DNA from: a virus
Taxonomy: Duplodnaviria > Caudoviricetes
Virus record (IMG/VR): IMGVR_UViG_3300025769_000012
Location: 1 to 55,732 of that record
Strand: one strand, 5' to 3'
DNA length: 55,732 bases
Numbering within the stretch: position 1 is the stretch's first letter; each line of letters starts with the position of its first letter. The translations under genes were made by a program, and so were the position numbers. Below the pieces are notes generated by a model. The model ran no database searches. It was given only the letters and a program-made list of their open reading frames with translations, and was not told the DNA's origin. Below are positions 1-9,869 of the stretch, one piece after another.

Positions 1-127
1 TCAGAATGCTCATTCTCGTAACGGTTGTATTCGAGCCCGAACAAGGCATTAAGGCCGGGTTCCAGCTCTTTCGCTAGTTGTGCGCGAGAGATAGCCATTG
101 ATTAAGCCCTCCTTAAATGCCGGTGGA
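1..127. repeat. Terminal direct repeat, copy 1 (circular-assembly overlap)
   Basis: 1-127 is identical to 55606-55732 and cuts through the major capsid gene; 127 is a common assembler k-mer size. Confidence 0.97.
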
Positions 128-763
128 ATCCGCAGTCGTTTGAGAATCAAACGAGCGAGTTCCAGCGTTAAAGTGTGCGTTAAGACGAACGATCAGCGGA
201 ATACCGGCTGCGGTATAGTCGCTGTTTGCTTCGTCGTCCATGATACCTACGATGCGCAACGGCAAAGTCGCCGTAGTTGCAACGGAGGAAACACTCAAAG
301 CAGAGTTAGACGAGCCTGTATCGGTCGAACCGGTACGAGCCGACGTACCCAACGATGCGTTTGCAAACACAGTTGCAAGAGCAGTCGCACGGTTAGTCAG
401 AGACGCGTCAGAAGCTACTTTGAACAGTTGGTTCGGGTTGTCTGCAACGAACGCCTTTACAGGGTAGTTCGTGTCAACGCTGACAGAACCGGAACCGGGC
501 CAGTAGTTGAGCCATACAGGTTTTTTCTGTACGGAGTCTTGATACTCCACACCCATCAGGACACCAAGCGCCTGCGTAGTACCACCGTTAGTGGCACCAG
601 CAAAGTCGATAACGCCGTCCGCAGTTGGGACAACGATACCGTACTGGTAGATCGCGTTGGTATTGTCAGAAGCGATTTCATACTGGGTTACACCAGTTGA
701 GTTTGCACCGCTGCCGACGAGCCCGATAGGACGTAGACCATAGGCAGTTGATTGATTTGCCAT
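113..763 (-). CDS. Putative capsid decoration/minor head protein
   Basis: 216-aa Gly/Thr/Ala-rich protein directly upstream of the major capsid gene across the circular junction; AGGAG RBS. Confidence 0.65.
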   Translation of the reverse strand: MANQSTAYGLRPIGLVGSGANSTGVTQYEIASDNTNAIYQYGIVVPTADGVIDFAGATNGGTTQALGVLMGVEYQDSVQKKPVWLNYWPGSGSVSVDTNYPVKAFVADNPNQLFKVASDASLTNRATALATVFANASLGTSARTGSTDTGSSNSALSVSSVATTATLPLRIVGIMDDEANSDYTAAGIPLIVRLNAHFNAGTRSFDSQTTADSTGI

Positions 764-789
764 TTTAGGTTTCTCCTATTGGGGCAGCC

Positions 790-1275
790 CTATGTTTTGG
801 GGCCACCGAAGGTTACACGAGATTGACGGTCAGGTTTGCTGATCGTCATGGTGGAATGTGCATTCTCGCGCATCATGTCCTGATCGACAGCTTGCATCTG
901 GTCACGATTACGTTGATTAAAGTAATCGCTACGTTCTGCAATTGTCTCCTCTGGAATACGAGCAAGAAGCAGTCCGCCTACTCCAAACACACCTTGGTAT
1001 TTACCTGTTTCCACAACGGGAGCTTCGAAGTCTGGATATTCGTCCGCACGGACCAATTCCCAACCTTCTCGCATTTTTGCACTGACGTTCTTTGTATCGT
1101 CAAAACCACGCGTTTCGGCGCGAATCCAACGATGCTTAAAGCCATCAGGCGCAGGCGGTGCATCTAACATTGACGGGGGAGCCCAAGGCTTACGAACGGC
1201 CTGTTTCTCCCGAGTTTGGTTAGCGCGAGAAGCACGATTGATGGATGTTCCACCTTCTTTTACTTGGTCATTCAT
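790..1275 (-). CDS. Conserved head-module hypothetical protein
   Basis: 161 aa between scaffold and decoration genes; motifs WAPPSMLDAP, RWIR, GWE, GGLLLARIP. Confidence 0.75.
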   Translation of the reverse strand: MNDQVKEGGTSINRASRANQTREKQAVRKPWAPPSMLDAPPAPDGFKHRWIRAETRGFDDTKNVSAKMREGWELVRADEYPDFEAPVVETGKYQGVFGVGGLLLARIPEETIAERSDYFNQRNRDQMQAVDQDMMRENAHSTMTISKPDRQSRVTFGGPKT

Positions 1276-1279
1276 CTTT

Positions 1280-2140
1280 CTACTCCTTCACGTATTTCGC
1301 ATATTCTTCAAGCGGCACACCCAATTTCTTCGCTATTGCGACTTGGCTCGGGGTGAGTCGAACCTTTTTCCCACTGCGCCCAGTATTTGAACTTCTCGAA
1401 GCGCCAACAACCGTCTGAGCGGCACGTTTGTTAGCCGATTTTCCGCCGTTTCCAAACTTGTCAGATATACGACGGTCGAGTTCAGTATAGTAGTCATCGC
1501 TCTGCGGGTCAAATCCTTCGTCTTCGACAAGTTTTTTGTGTATTCCGAAGGCAGCATACGTCATGGCTTCGTCTTGGCCAAACCATGAGTTTTTAAGGGC
1601 CCACTGTTCCGCTTTCGGATCAGGGCGACGAGGCTGTTGTGCAGGCATCGGCTGGCGAGACTGGTGTTGTGCGGCAGCTTGTTGCTCCTTCAAATACCGC
1701 TCTTGCTGGGCTTTTGCTTGCTGCGCACGATCTGCTTGGATAGCTAGATTGGTTAGCTTCCGCTGTGCTTCAACAGTTTTAGCCGAGTCGCCAACCTCAA
1801 TCGCACGAGCCAGTTCATGTTCGGCTTGCTGGATTTGCGTATTAACGCGGTTGGTGTACTCGGTGACATAGTTGTTATCCATCGAGTTCATACGCTGCTT
1901 GAGCGTCTGGGTCTCGGATTGGACAGCCTGCGCGTAACGAATAGCTTCTTGCTCGCGGCGTTCAGCTTCACGCATTTTCTTTGTCAGGCGGTCAATACGC
2001 TTCTGCGTAGCAGTCTCCGCCTTACGGAAATTCTCATCGGAATCACCGTCGTCATGGTCAGAGGCTTGAGCCTCTACTTCAACTTCAGTGTCCTGCTCTT
2101 CAAAGTCTAGTTCGACTTGATCTTCTTCTCGTTCAGCCAT
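1280..2140 (-). CDS. Putative capsid scaffolding protein
   Basis: Acidic N-terminus, long coiled coil, C-terminal LTPSQVAIAKKLGVPLEEYAK helix; position in head module. Confidence 0.7.
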   Translation of the reverse strand: MAEREEDQVELDFEEQDTEVEVEAQASDHDDGDSDENFRKAETATQKRIDRLTKKMREAERREQEAIRYAQAVQSETQTLKQRMNSMDNNYVTEYTNRVNTQIQQAEHELARAIEVGDSAKTVEAQRKLTNLAIQADRAQQAKAQQERYLKEQQAAAQHQSRQPMPAQQPRRPDPKAEQWALKNSWFGQDEAMTYAAFGIHKKLVEDEGFDPQSDDYYTELDRRISDKFGNGGKSANKRAAQTVVGASRSSNTGRSGKKVRLTPSQVAIAKKLGVPLEEYAKYVKE

Positions 2141-2149
2141 GTTTCACCT

Positions 2150-2644
2150 TTACATATGATGGATGTCTTCAGGGTCCAGAATAGTCGCGAGTATCTCATC
2201 ATCGTTGAGAATACGGACTTCTCCGCCATCGATCTGGAAGCGTGAGCCAGCATAACGAGCGAACATCACCCACTGCTTTTCCTCACACCACGGACCGGAC
2301 GGAAACTTTTCGGTATCCTTGTACGCCAAGGGACCGACTTTAAGGACGTAACCTACCTGAGTAGAAACATTGTTCTTCTCTTGGACTTCGCTAGGCAGAA
2401 AAATACCACCCGCGGTCTTGGCTTTGCCTTGGTAAGGTAGGATTAGAATGCGCCACCCAGTAGGGGCTGGCATTCTTTCAAGAAGACCCACACCAATTGC
2501 TTCAGGATTAAGGCGGGGTTTTTCGACGTAAGCGTCGGCGAGGTTTGGCTTTTCGCTCTTAGCCTCGGTACTTTCTTTAGTTTTTGCTAAAGCGGCTACG
2601 CCTTCTACGGCGGCAGCCAAATCAATTTTAGCTGATTCAGTCAT
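2150..2644 (-). CDS. groES: Co-chaperonin GroES (Cpn10)
   Basis: PTGWRILI...KTAGGIFLP mobile loop, VLKVGP, V(M)FARYAG, ILNDDEILA. Confidence 0.9.
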   Translation of the reverse strand: MTESAKIDLAAAVEGVAALAKTKESTEAKSEKPNLADAYVEKPRLNPEAIGVGLLERMPAPTGWRILILPYQGKAKTAGGIFLPSEVQEKNNVSTQVGYVLKVGPLAYKDTEKFPSGPWCEEKQWVMFARYAGSRFQIDGGEVRILNDDEILATILDPEDIHHM

Positions 2645-2834
2645 TTGATCGCTCCTGTTTATCTAGCAGGCCCTTGAGTTCCTGTTCCACGTGGTTAAGG
2701 CATTCCATGTTGCCCATAAGCTCACGATAATGCTCCATCGACTTAACGTTTCCGTTTAGCATGAAGTCCACGCAGCCTTGGCGACGTTCTCGGAGAACCC
2801 GAAAAACCGCTTCGGCAAAATATATTTCGTCCAT
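2637..2834 (-). CDS. Hypothetical protein
   Basis: 65 aa with GAGG RBS; overlaps the groES start. Confidence 0.7.
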   Translation of the reverse strand: MDEIYFAEAVFRVLRERRQGCVDFMLNGNVKSMEHYRELMGNMECLNHVEQELKGLLDKQERSND

Positions 2835-2915
2835 CCAGTCCTCGCATAGTATCGTACAACACGTGGGTTGATCCTAGCACAACTTGTATAAGATATGCTA
2901 GGAGAAACTAGATAA

Positions 2916-3368
2916 TTATGCGAGTTCGAAGTGCGGCCCATCCAAAAACGGGCGCTTGCCCTGCGACCGACGTAAATCAATGTACGCGTTCATCGCGTCT
3001 TCCATCGTACCATTCCATTCCCGAATGTCTGGGATATGCCACGCGCAACCCCAACGGATGCCGACGTCACACGCTTCTGCACCCTTTTTCATGGCATCTG
3101 CCACTTCGTCGTACAAATTCAATTCCCACGATCCCCGCGAACCCAAATAGACCATAAGGTCGACGGCCTCGCCGTCGATGTGCTTGGACTTCATCGTCTT
3201 ACTGGCACCCTTGGCCACCAGCTCACGCTGTTCTTCAATAGTCCGCAGCCCACAAATCACTCCAAAGTCAACTTTGGTCTCGGTGATCGCGTATTTGACA
3301 ACCGCAATCATGCGCTCGTCTACGCCTTCCATTCTATCCAGACTACGCTGGGATAATTTAAACGCCAT
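2916..3368 (-). CDS. Endolysin, peptidase M15 (L-Ala-D-Glu peptidase-like)
   Basis: GLRT..EQ, SKH..G.AVD, WG..W, DGPHFEL Zn-peptidase motifs. Confidence 0.9.
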   Translation of the reverse strand: MAFKLSQRSLDRMEGVDERMIAVVKYAITETKVDFGVICGLRTIEEQRELVAKGASKTMKSKHIDGEAVDLMVYLGSRGSWELNLYDEVADAMKKGAEACDVGIRWGCAWHIPDIREWNGTMEDAMNAYIDLRRSQGKRPFLDGPHFELA

Positions 3369-3843
3369 TTGTCGCCCTTTCTATGTTGAAGCGAACATTC
3401 TCGTGGTCCGGATAATGCACTACCACAGGCCCCTCGGGGCATTCATAGTTGATAGTGGCCAGCAACGTAGCTTCACCCAAAGCCACACGGTCGTAGTGGC
3501 CCTCGCGAATAAAAACGTTGAAACCAAATTTATCGACCTTGTCGTTGGCGGGCCCTGAAAATTTGGTAACGCTAGGGGTTGCCGGATGAACAACATATTC
3601 GCTGTCTCTGATTTCCAGAGTAAATCCCGTGACGTCACAATCATCACGTATCTTTTCTCTGGCTACGATAACGCGGAACGGGCCATCAACAGGCCCGTCC
3701 GTAATTTCAAAGTGTTCTGGTGCCCAGATCAAGATAGGTTTATCAAACAGACCAAGTTTATCGGACAACGTATAACCGCCGCCAATCAAAGCAAAGGTCG
3801 CTGTTACAACCCCGATACCCTTAGTAACTGCTTCTACATCCAT
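3358..3843 (-). CDS. Membrane-anchored protein in lysis module
   Basis: N-terminal hydrophobic helix, two Cys; between holin and endolysin. Confidence 0.65.
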   Translation of the reverse strand: MDVEAVTKGIGVVTATFALIGGGYTLSDKLGLFDKPILIWAPEHFEITDGPVDGPFRVIVAREKIRDDCDVTGFTLEIRDSEYVVHPATPSVTKFSGPANDKVDKFGFNVFIREGHYDRVALGEATLLATINYECPEGPVVVHYPDHENVRFNIERATNGV

Positions 3844-3844
3844 C

Positions 3845-4249
3845 TCACTTAGCTACGCCTTTCGCTTTCTCATAAGTACGCAAGCCACCAAGGCCCAGCA
3901 TACCCAACAAAACCGTCATCAGGCTGTCCATATCAAACGACGGCAAATCGCTTGGGTGCAAACCCGTGACGTTAAACGCAACCAAAACAAATACGATAAG
4001 TGGGTATAAGATAAAGTGGTACGCTAACGCGGCTGCACATACCCAACCCACCATCGGTCTCCACCCCGCCACAAAAATACTGCGGTGTGCAGCTTCTGTT
4101 TTGTTTACTTCGAGCTGACCCATTGTCTGCTCGTGCATTTGTTTTTCAGCCATTGTCGCAATCTCATGCGCCAACTTGGCTTTTTCGTCAGCGTCCGGAA
4201 TAAACTTGTCCAAAAGACTACTTACCGGACCAATCAGTGCTTGTAACAT
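3845..4249 (-). CDS. Holin, 3-TM (GTA holin-like)
   Basis: LLDKFIPD, FVAGWRPMVGWVC, LLGMLGLGGLRTYEK motifs; GGAGG RBS. Confidence 0.88.
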   Translation of the reverse strand: MLQALIGPVSSLLDKFIPDADEKAKLAHEIATMAEKQMHEQTMGQLEVNKTEAAHRSIFVAGWRPMVGWVCAAALAYHFILYPLIVFVLVAFNVTGLHPSDLPSFDMDSLMTVLLGMLGLGGLRTYEKAKGVAK

Positions 4250-4316
4250 GGGTCTCCTCCTAAGATTTCCCGCATTTTATCCTATACCGATTTGTTAAAT
4301 TTTTAAAGAATAAAGG

Positions 4317-4637
4317 TTACTTGCGGGACATCCACGCGGACGCCCCCATGTATGCGCCAACCACACCCGCCATGGAGATGTAGAACAAACCGAACAGATC
4401 AGACAACGCGGTTACTCGCTCCACAGATACCGCAGGAGTGACAAGAAGAAGGGTAAAAGCAAGACAAGCACCGAGAGCCACAGTAGCCATGTGCTTCTGC
4501 GCTCTAAGTTTTCTAATCTGCGCTTCTGCTTCTCCAATCTCTTTAGCAGCCGCAAGCTCTTCGTCTGTAATGATTCCATCTTTGTCTATGTCGTACTTCG
4601 AATAAGCCGTCCCTTTTTCAAACGTTTTACTTGTCAT
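4317..4637 (-). CDS. 2-TM membrane protein with EF-hand-like loop
   Basis: DIDKDGIITDEE loop, then two hydrophobic helices; start moved to the ATG at 4637. Confidence 0.65.
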   Translation of the reverse strand: MTSKTFEKGTAYSKYDIDKDGIITDEELAAAKEIGEAEAQIRKLRAQKHMATVALGACLAFTLLLVTPAVSVERVTALSDLFGLFYISMAGVVGAYMGASAWMSRK

Positions 4638-4668
4638 AGCGCACCATCCCTCAAAGTACTTTCCCTGT

Positions 4669-4833
4669 TTATTCCGGTATAACCTCAAAGCAATATACCG
4701 TAGTTTGACTGGTGGTTATCAAGACTTTTGCATCTTCAAGAGCTTCCCTACACTCGTTCTCAGTGGTAAACTGATTAAGTTGATAATGCTCAATGTTGTT
4801 ATTCATAACTTGGAACCATACCAAAAACCACAT
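4669..4833 (-). CDS. Small hypothetical protein (54 aa, not in ORF track)
   Basis: MWFLVWFQVMNNNIEHYQLNQF...YCFEVIPE; TGATG coupling with the upstream gene. Confidence 0.65.
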   Translation of the reverse strand: MWFLVWFQVMNNNIEHYQLNQFTTENECREALEDAKVLITTSQTTVYCFEVIPE

Positions 4834-5306
4834 CACCACTTCCCCTGACTTCTACCCATGAAATACAGTACAATAGCCAAACCAATGATGCCTGAAAGCA
4901 CGAGCAAGATACCTACGGTCCACTCTATTAAGGCGCGTTTAAACTCTTCTTTCCTGTAAATTTCTTCTTTGCGCTGCTTTCGCATCTGCGCCTCAATGTG
5001 CAGAACTTCCTCCCAAGCAGAAGGACCGTACTGGAAACTGATGAAGCTCTTGATTTCATTGCGCATTTCGGACATCTTTTTTCTTTGCGCAAATATTTCT
5101 ATGGCGCTATGCGTATCTGATCCTTTAAATTTATACCAAGGAGGGTTCTTGATTTGCTCTTCAGCAAAGGCAAAATCGCTGCAAGCCTTGCCCCACTTGC
5201 CAAGCTGACCCGTAATATCTTGCAGCTCACGGCCTACGGAAATGCCATGCTTGATAGCGTTGTAGGCGGATGTGGCAAGGCCAACGGCTGTGATAGGATC
5301 AATCAT
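4833..5306 (-). CDS. Hypothetical protein with C-terminal TM helix
   Basis: 157 aa, MIDPITA start, coiled coil, hydrophobic C-terminus; ATGA coupling. Confidence 0.75.
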   Translation of the reverse strand: MIDPITAVGLATSAYNAIKHGISVGRELQDITGQLGKWGKACSDFAFAEEQIKNPPWYKFKGSDTHSAIEIFAQRKKMSEMRNEIKSFISFQYGPSAWEEVLHIEAQMRKQRKEEIYRKEEFKRALIEWTVGILLVLSGIIGLAIVLYFMGRSQGKW

Positions 5307-5485
5307 GTGTCCATGTACCTCGCAGGGCAGTAAGCATCTGGGTGGACAACGTGCCGTTTATCGTACCATTGACCGTTCTTTCCGCCCGGTGCGCCACAGT
5401 CGTAGTAGCAGGCTTTATAGAACGACGTGCCGTAGTTGTTTACGAAAGTGTGTCCGTACCCGACAAATACAAGAACACACCACAC
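5303..5485 (-). CDS. Small Cys-containing hypothetical protein
   Basis: 60 aa, GTG start after GGAG RBS, coupled to the next gene. Confidence 0.6.
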   Translation of the reverse strand: MWCVLVFVGYGHTFVNNYGTSFYKACYYDCGAPGGKNGQWYDKRHVVHPDAYCPARYMDT

Positions 5486-5527
5486 TAAAACTCTCCGACA
5501 AACCTCTTGCCCTTCTTTAAAGGCATA

Positions 5528-5728
5528 TCAGCACCCCATAAAATCTGTGCCCTTAATGGCTGCACCGGCACCACGCATTTTCATCTTGCGAGGCGTATCA
5601 CTAGCCATAGGCGCTGGCGCAGACTTACCGTAAGGGATACGACCCTGACCTTTGATGTCCGCATACTCAACCGCCTTCGGCGGGTCTTTAGGCGCAGAGC
5701 CGTTTACTTTTACTGTACGATTTTTCAT
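5528..5728 (-). CDS. Small basic protein
   Basis: 66 aa, C-terminal RGAGAAIKGT motif; GGAG RBS. Confidence 0.75.
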   Translation of the reverse strand: MKNRTVKVNGSAPKDPPKAVEYADIKGQGRIPYGKSAPAPMASDTPRKMKMRGAGAAIKGTDFMGC

Positions 5729-6486
5729 GTTGGTCTCCTAAATGGACTGTTTAGAGATGCTTGCTGCACCACTTGCTGCGTATTAATGGGCGAGCCGTAA
5801 GCCGTAGGAACAGAAGCCTGTCCACTAGGCGGGCGGTAAAACGGCGACAAGTCGCCTACCATTCCAGCCGAATAAGACGTCGGGCTAGTGCCGTAAGTCC
5901 CAGACGAGGCTTGCTGCTGTTGCGTGTTGCCCGTGTCTTGGTTCTCCTGAACCAACGAGCCAATACCGCTGTCCATAGCAGTCGTGCCCGCGTTAATGTT
6001 GTCCATCGACGTTAAACTATCGGGGTTATAGTTTATACCCGTCCCGCCAGAATACTGAGAAACAAGTTGTTGCGCCGCATCCAGAGCTGCTTGATTGTTC
6101 GGAGCGTGTTGTTGCACAAACGCAAGGCGGTTTTGAGCGATTTCCGGATTGGATTCCATCAAAGAATTGTTATAGGCAATCTGGCTTGTGTTAAACTGAC
6201 GGTGTGCCGCCTTATATTGCGGATCACTAGCCACACCGCTCGCCCACGTATTTAGGTGCCAATCAGCAAAGTCATCACCCGAAGACATATTGTCAAAAGC
6301 GCCCAGACTATCCGCAGCCTCATACAAAGCCTTCTGCGTCATACGCTTAGAACCGTCGGCAAACGTCAACAAAACCATGTCGTTGCCTAACGCCTCGTTT
6401 CTGCCACTGCTCACATCCGTCATTTTGACAGCGCCGCCGTCCTCAAACCGCTGCGGATACGCATAGTTCAAGCTCTTTCCCATCAT
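5725..6486 (-). CDS. Hypothetical (probable virion) protein
   Basis: 253 aa coupled to the portal gene; N-terminal FEDGGAV motif; low-complexity C-terminus. Confidence 0.7.
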   Translation of the reverse strand: MMGKSLNYAYPQRFEDGGAVKMTDVSSGRNEALGNDMVLLTFADGSKRMTQKALYEAADSLGAFDNMSSGDDFADWHLNTWASGVASDPQYKAAHRQFNTSQIAYNNSLMESNPEIAQNRLAFVQQHAPNNQAALDAAQQLVSQYSGGTGINYNPDSLTSMDNINAGTTAMDSGIGSLVQENQDTGNTQQQQASSGTYGTSPTSYSAGMVGDLSPFYRPPSGQASVPTAYGSPINTQQVVQQASLNSPFRRPT

Positions 6487-8945
6487 TGCTGCGGCCCCCC
6501 TTGGTTACGTTGTTTCAACAGCTCACGCTGCATTGCAGCGTCGATGCGAGCCTGAGTTTGACGCTCTTGCGCCGCCAACCGCTCTCCAAACTGCTGAGAA
6601 CGAATTTGCTGGCCCTGCGCGTCCAACTGTACCTTGGCTTGGTCGATCTGTTGATCGGCCTGATCCGAAGCAGCCTTTTGCTGCAACTCGGCTTCCTTGA
6701 GCTGTACAAGTGGGTCCGGGGCCCCCGCGCCAGATAGTTGCTGCGACAAATCGCGAACCTGTTGCAAACCTTCCGCAACAAACTGAGCCGTCATCTGCTC
6801 CATTTGCAGCATCTGTTCGTCGTCCGCAGGCTGACCGCCTTGTTGCTGAACCATTTGCAAATATTGCTGTGCCGCCTGCTCGCGAGCCGCGATCTGGACA
6901 TGCTCCATAACGTGCTTTTGCAAGTTGATAGCGACCGGAGGCATCTGACCAACCATCGGTGTCGCCCCAAAAGTAAGGTGCGCCATGATGTGCGCCTGAT
7001 GGTTCTGACCTTCAAACGCCGTCATCGGCAACTGATCCAACGCGTTGATGTTCTCTTGTGCTGGATCAAGCGGCTCTGGAATTTCCGCAGGCGTCGCCTT
7101 CATCAAACGGTCCACATCGCTCACACCCAAAGCCTCATACATGTCACGGAAAACCTCGTGCATGTTGTGTATCTCTGGTGCTTGGGCCGCGAGCTGTAAT
7201 TTGGTCTGCGCGAGCATAATCCGCTGCGCTTGGCTGAATACATTCGGGTTGCTGACCGGAATAACGTCCACGCGGTCGTCAAAGTCCTTTGCCATGATCG
7301 TCTGATCGTTGCCCGGAACAGAGTACGGATACTCCTGCGGCAAGCTTTCAGACATCACGCGAGCTAGAATTTTAAACTCCTGACGCATCGCATAGTGCAA
7401 ACGCTTATGCACTGCGCTCATGACCCGCGAGCCTTGCTCCATCATGGCAATAGTCGTGCCAACAGGGGCTTGCTGGTTGCCGTCACCAACCTTCAAGTCA
7501 GTGATAGTCGCGAACCGCTGGCCAGCCTGCACAACAAAACCAAGAAGGTTAAACAGCGTCTGGTCAGGGCCCTTAAACGGCAAGGGCATGAGGCTATCGC
7601 GGATAGCCCCACCGGGAGCGTCCACGTCTCGGAACTCACCGGGCTGCAAAGGATCGTCGTCATCTCTGATACGCAGCCCACGGGCCTTGAAACCCGCTGG
7701 GAGGTTGGACAACGTACCAGCATCGATCAACTGTCGCAGTGCCGCCGTGGCGGTCCGTGACAGACCACCAATCGTATGTATCAGACCCAAGCCATAAAAC
7801 CCGAAGCCGGGTAGGAACTTGTAGTGGGTGAAGTATTGGATTTTCTTTTTAAGCTCGTCTTCTTCACTGTAGTTACGGCGGATAGACAGGACTTGACCGT
7901 TGTCCAAGGACATTGTCACAACGTAGGGAACGCGAATACCGGTTGGTTCGCCGTTTTCGTCTACGTCTTCATAGCCCTCAAGGTCCAAATCAACGTGGCA
8001 CTCAAGGATTGTGCAGTCATAATCAATCTGCGAAGGCTCAATCCCGTCAATACGATCAATCGTATCTTCGACTTGGTTAAGCTCTTTCTGGGCAGGAATG
8101 ACCTCAACGTCCAAATACGTCCCCGCCAACTGGCGCTTGCGCAAATCATTGAGCGACATCCGAACAACCTGCGTGATGTTCGGACATGTTTCGAGGTCCG
8201 CGGTCTCATACGGAACAACCAAGTTTTCCGCAGGGACAAACTTGGATACCGCTCGACCCAGCGTTTCGTCATAGTAAGTTTTCTTGAACGTAGAACCCGC
8301 CAGCGGCAAATAGAACAACATCTGGTCCATGTCGGGCGTATATTCTTCCATCACATTCGTGATGTAGTAGTTCATAAACGTCTTAACGCGCTGCGCTTGA
8401 GCTACCTTTTCGTTCGATTCAGCGCCCATAACCACAGTGCGGACGGGCCCCGAAGGAGGTAGAAGCTCGTTAAATGCCTGCGCTTGGAACTGCGTCGCAG
8501 CTTCCGCCAATAGCGGGTGCGTTACGCCAGTCGCGCCACGGAAAGGCTGCGTCCGATCTTCGTAAGTAAAGCCCAGAAGCTCCAGACCATCCTTGTAAGC
8601 ATCTTCCCATTCCTGACGGCTCGCCTTGTTGGCGTCATACTCGTCCAAAAGCTCACCCGCAATACGGGCCAGCTCGCGATCCGGCATCTCTTCCGCCAAG
8701 TTCGAATAAAAATCTTCGCTTTCACCACGCATGTCCTGCGGATCAAAGTCTATCTCGACACCACCGTCGTCCGTCTGAGTAATCCCAATCTCGCCAACAC
8801 CCGAAGCGTCGATCATTGCAGTAACGTCGTTTTGACCGCTCGGAAGCTCAATCTCCAGCTCCGCGTTCAATTCGTCTTCGTTGAGCTGAGACGGAACCAT
8901 CGTGTCCATCAAGCTGCTTTTGTATCCGTTGCGTGGTTCTGCCAT
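6483..8945 (-). CDS. Portal protein
   Basis: 820 aa near TerL; HPLLAEA, LPLAGSTFKK, GFYGLG motifs and a Gln-rich C-terminal barrel as in P22-like portals. Confidence 0.88.
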   Translation of the reverse strand: MAEPRNGYKSSLMDTMVPSQLNEDELNAELEIELPSGQNDVTAMIDASGVGEIGITQTDDGGVEIDFDPQDMRGESEDFYSNLAEEMPDRELARIAGELLDEYDANKASRQEWEDAYKDGLELLGFTYEDRTQPFRGATGVTHPLLAEAATQFQAQAFNELLPPSGPVRTVVMGAESNEKVAQAQRVKTFMNYYITNVMEEYTPDMDQMLFYLPLAGSTFKKTYYDETLGRAVSKFVPAENLVVPYETADLETCPNITQVVRMSLNDLRKRQLAGTYLDVEVIPAQKELNQVEDTIDRIDGIEPSQIDYDCTILECHVDLDLEGYEDVDENGEPTGIRVPYVVTMSLDNGQVLSIRRNYSEEDELKKKIQYFTHYKFLPGFGFYGLGLIHTIGGLSRTATAALRQLIDAGTLSNLPAGFKARGLRIRDDDDPLQPGEFRDVDAPGGAIRDSLMPLPFKGPDQTLFNLLGFVVQAGQRFATITDLKVGDGNQQAPVGTTIAMMEQGSRVMSAVHKRLHYAMRQEFKILARVMSESLPQEYPYSVPGNDQTIMAKDFDDRVDVIPVSNPNVFSQAQRIMLAQTKLQLAAQAPEIHNMHEVFRDMYEALGVSDVDRLMKATPAEIPEPLDPAQENINALDQLPMTAFEGQNHQAHIMAHLTFGATPMVGQMPPVAINLQKHVMEHVQIAAREQAAQQYLQMVQQQGGQPADDEQMLQMEQMTAQFVAEGLQQVRDLSQQLSGAGAPDPLVQLKEAELQQKAASDQADQQIDQAKVQLDAQGQQIRSQQFGERLAAQERQTQARIDAAMQRELLKQRNQGGPQQ

Positions 8946-8964
8946 CTAACTCTCCCTGATACGA

Positions 8965-9852
8965 CTACTGATAATTTCGGTACTTCCTTGGCGAAAAGCC
9001 AAGTACCTGACGCGTCGTATCGAAATACCCCTGCTCATTGCGAGGGAAGTAAACATCCGGCCCCGTCTCCGGAGACACAAAGTTCCGTGGGGCGCGGGGC
9101 TGTTCCGGGGCAGGCGTCATCTGCGCCTCCGAAGAACGACCCATAATTACATCAAGTTGCCTGAATATCTCCGCGTCGACCATTTGTGTCAACTGTTGAG
9201 GCGTCGCGTTAATACCAGCCTTCATGAATAGCTGACGACCAACAGCGTTGTTCCGCTGATCCATCGCAACGTCTCTTGCGTTCTGACCACCCAACGGAAA
9301 CGGCGCAAAACGATCCAAAAACTCGTTGAACGTACCAGCCGTCTCCGCAGTCTCAGGACCATACTCCTTTGCCATTACCGCAGAACCGAGCATATGCGCA
9401 CGAGCATCCTCTAACTCAGGATACGTCGGCATGTCACGACGACCCTCGGGACGCGCCATCCGGATACTCTCAGGCTCAGAACCCGTAGGAATAACCATCT
9501 GACCCGTTTCCTGATCGATAACAGCCGGGTAGTTGTACTCATCAATGAGCTGCGCCATAAAGCTCGGGTCCGAACCATAAAGAGCCGCGGTCCGCGAACC
9601 GCCGACACGGGCACTCTCCCGGAGTCCCTCAGTCGGATCACCATCACCAAGAAGTTTGTCATACAATACAGTGCCAAAACCCGACTCTTCCGGGGCCCCT
9701 TGCGAAACTTCTTCAGGCATGTATTCTAAATAAGCTGGATCAGAACCGGGGGCCGTGGTCTGCAAATCAATAAGCGTAGGGTCTCCGCCGTCCTGCATAT
9801 AACGTACAGGATCGTGACCGGCTGCACCTAAATTAACCGCAGACTTGTACAT
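8965..9852 (-). CDS. Protein with DUF6973/minimal-Wnt-like (Lipocone) domain
   Basis: DARAHMLGSA...NEF...MDQRNNAVGR motif series; N-terminal MQDGG motif. Confidence 0.6.
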   Translation of the reverse strand: MYKSAVNLGAAGHDPVRYMQDGGDPTLIDLQTTAPGSDPAYLEYMPEEVSQGAPEESGFGTVLYDKLLGDGDPTEGLRESARVGGSRTAALYGSDPSFMAQLIDEYNYPAVIDQETGQMVIPTGSEPESIRMARPEGRRDMPTYPELEDARAHMLGSAVMAKEYGPETAETAGTFNEFLDRFAPFPLGGQNARDVAMDQRNNAVGRQLFMKAGINATPQQLTQMVDAEIFRQLDVIMGRSSEAQMTPAPEQPRAPRNFVSPETGPDVYFPRNEQGYFDTTRQVLGFSPRKYRNYQ

Positions 9853-9869
9853 ATGGCCGCCTTTCTGGT

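Noticed and set aside
1-127. 127-bp terminal repeat as a biological DTR
   Set aside because: It cuts inside the capsid gene and matches a typical assembler k-mer; it indicates circularity only.
2150-2644. Phage GroES as a novelty
   Set aside because: GroES without GroEL is already well known in marine phages.
2683-2698. TGTTCCACGTGGTTAA as a third parS
   Set aside because: Three mismatches break the palindrome and it lies inside a CDS; likely chance.
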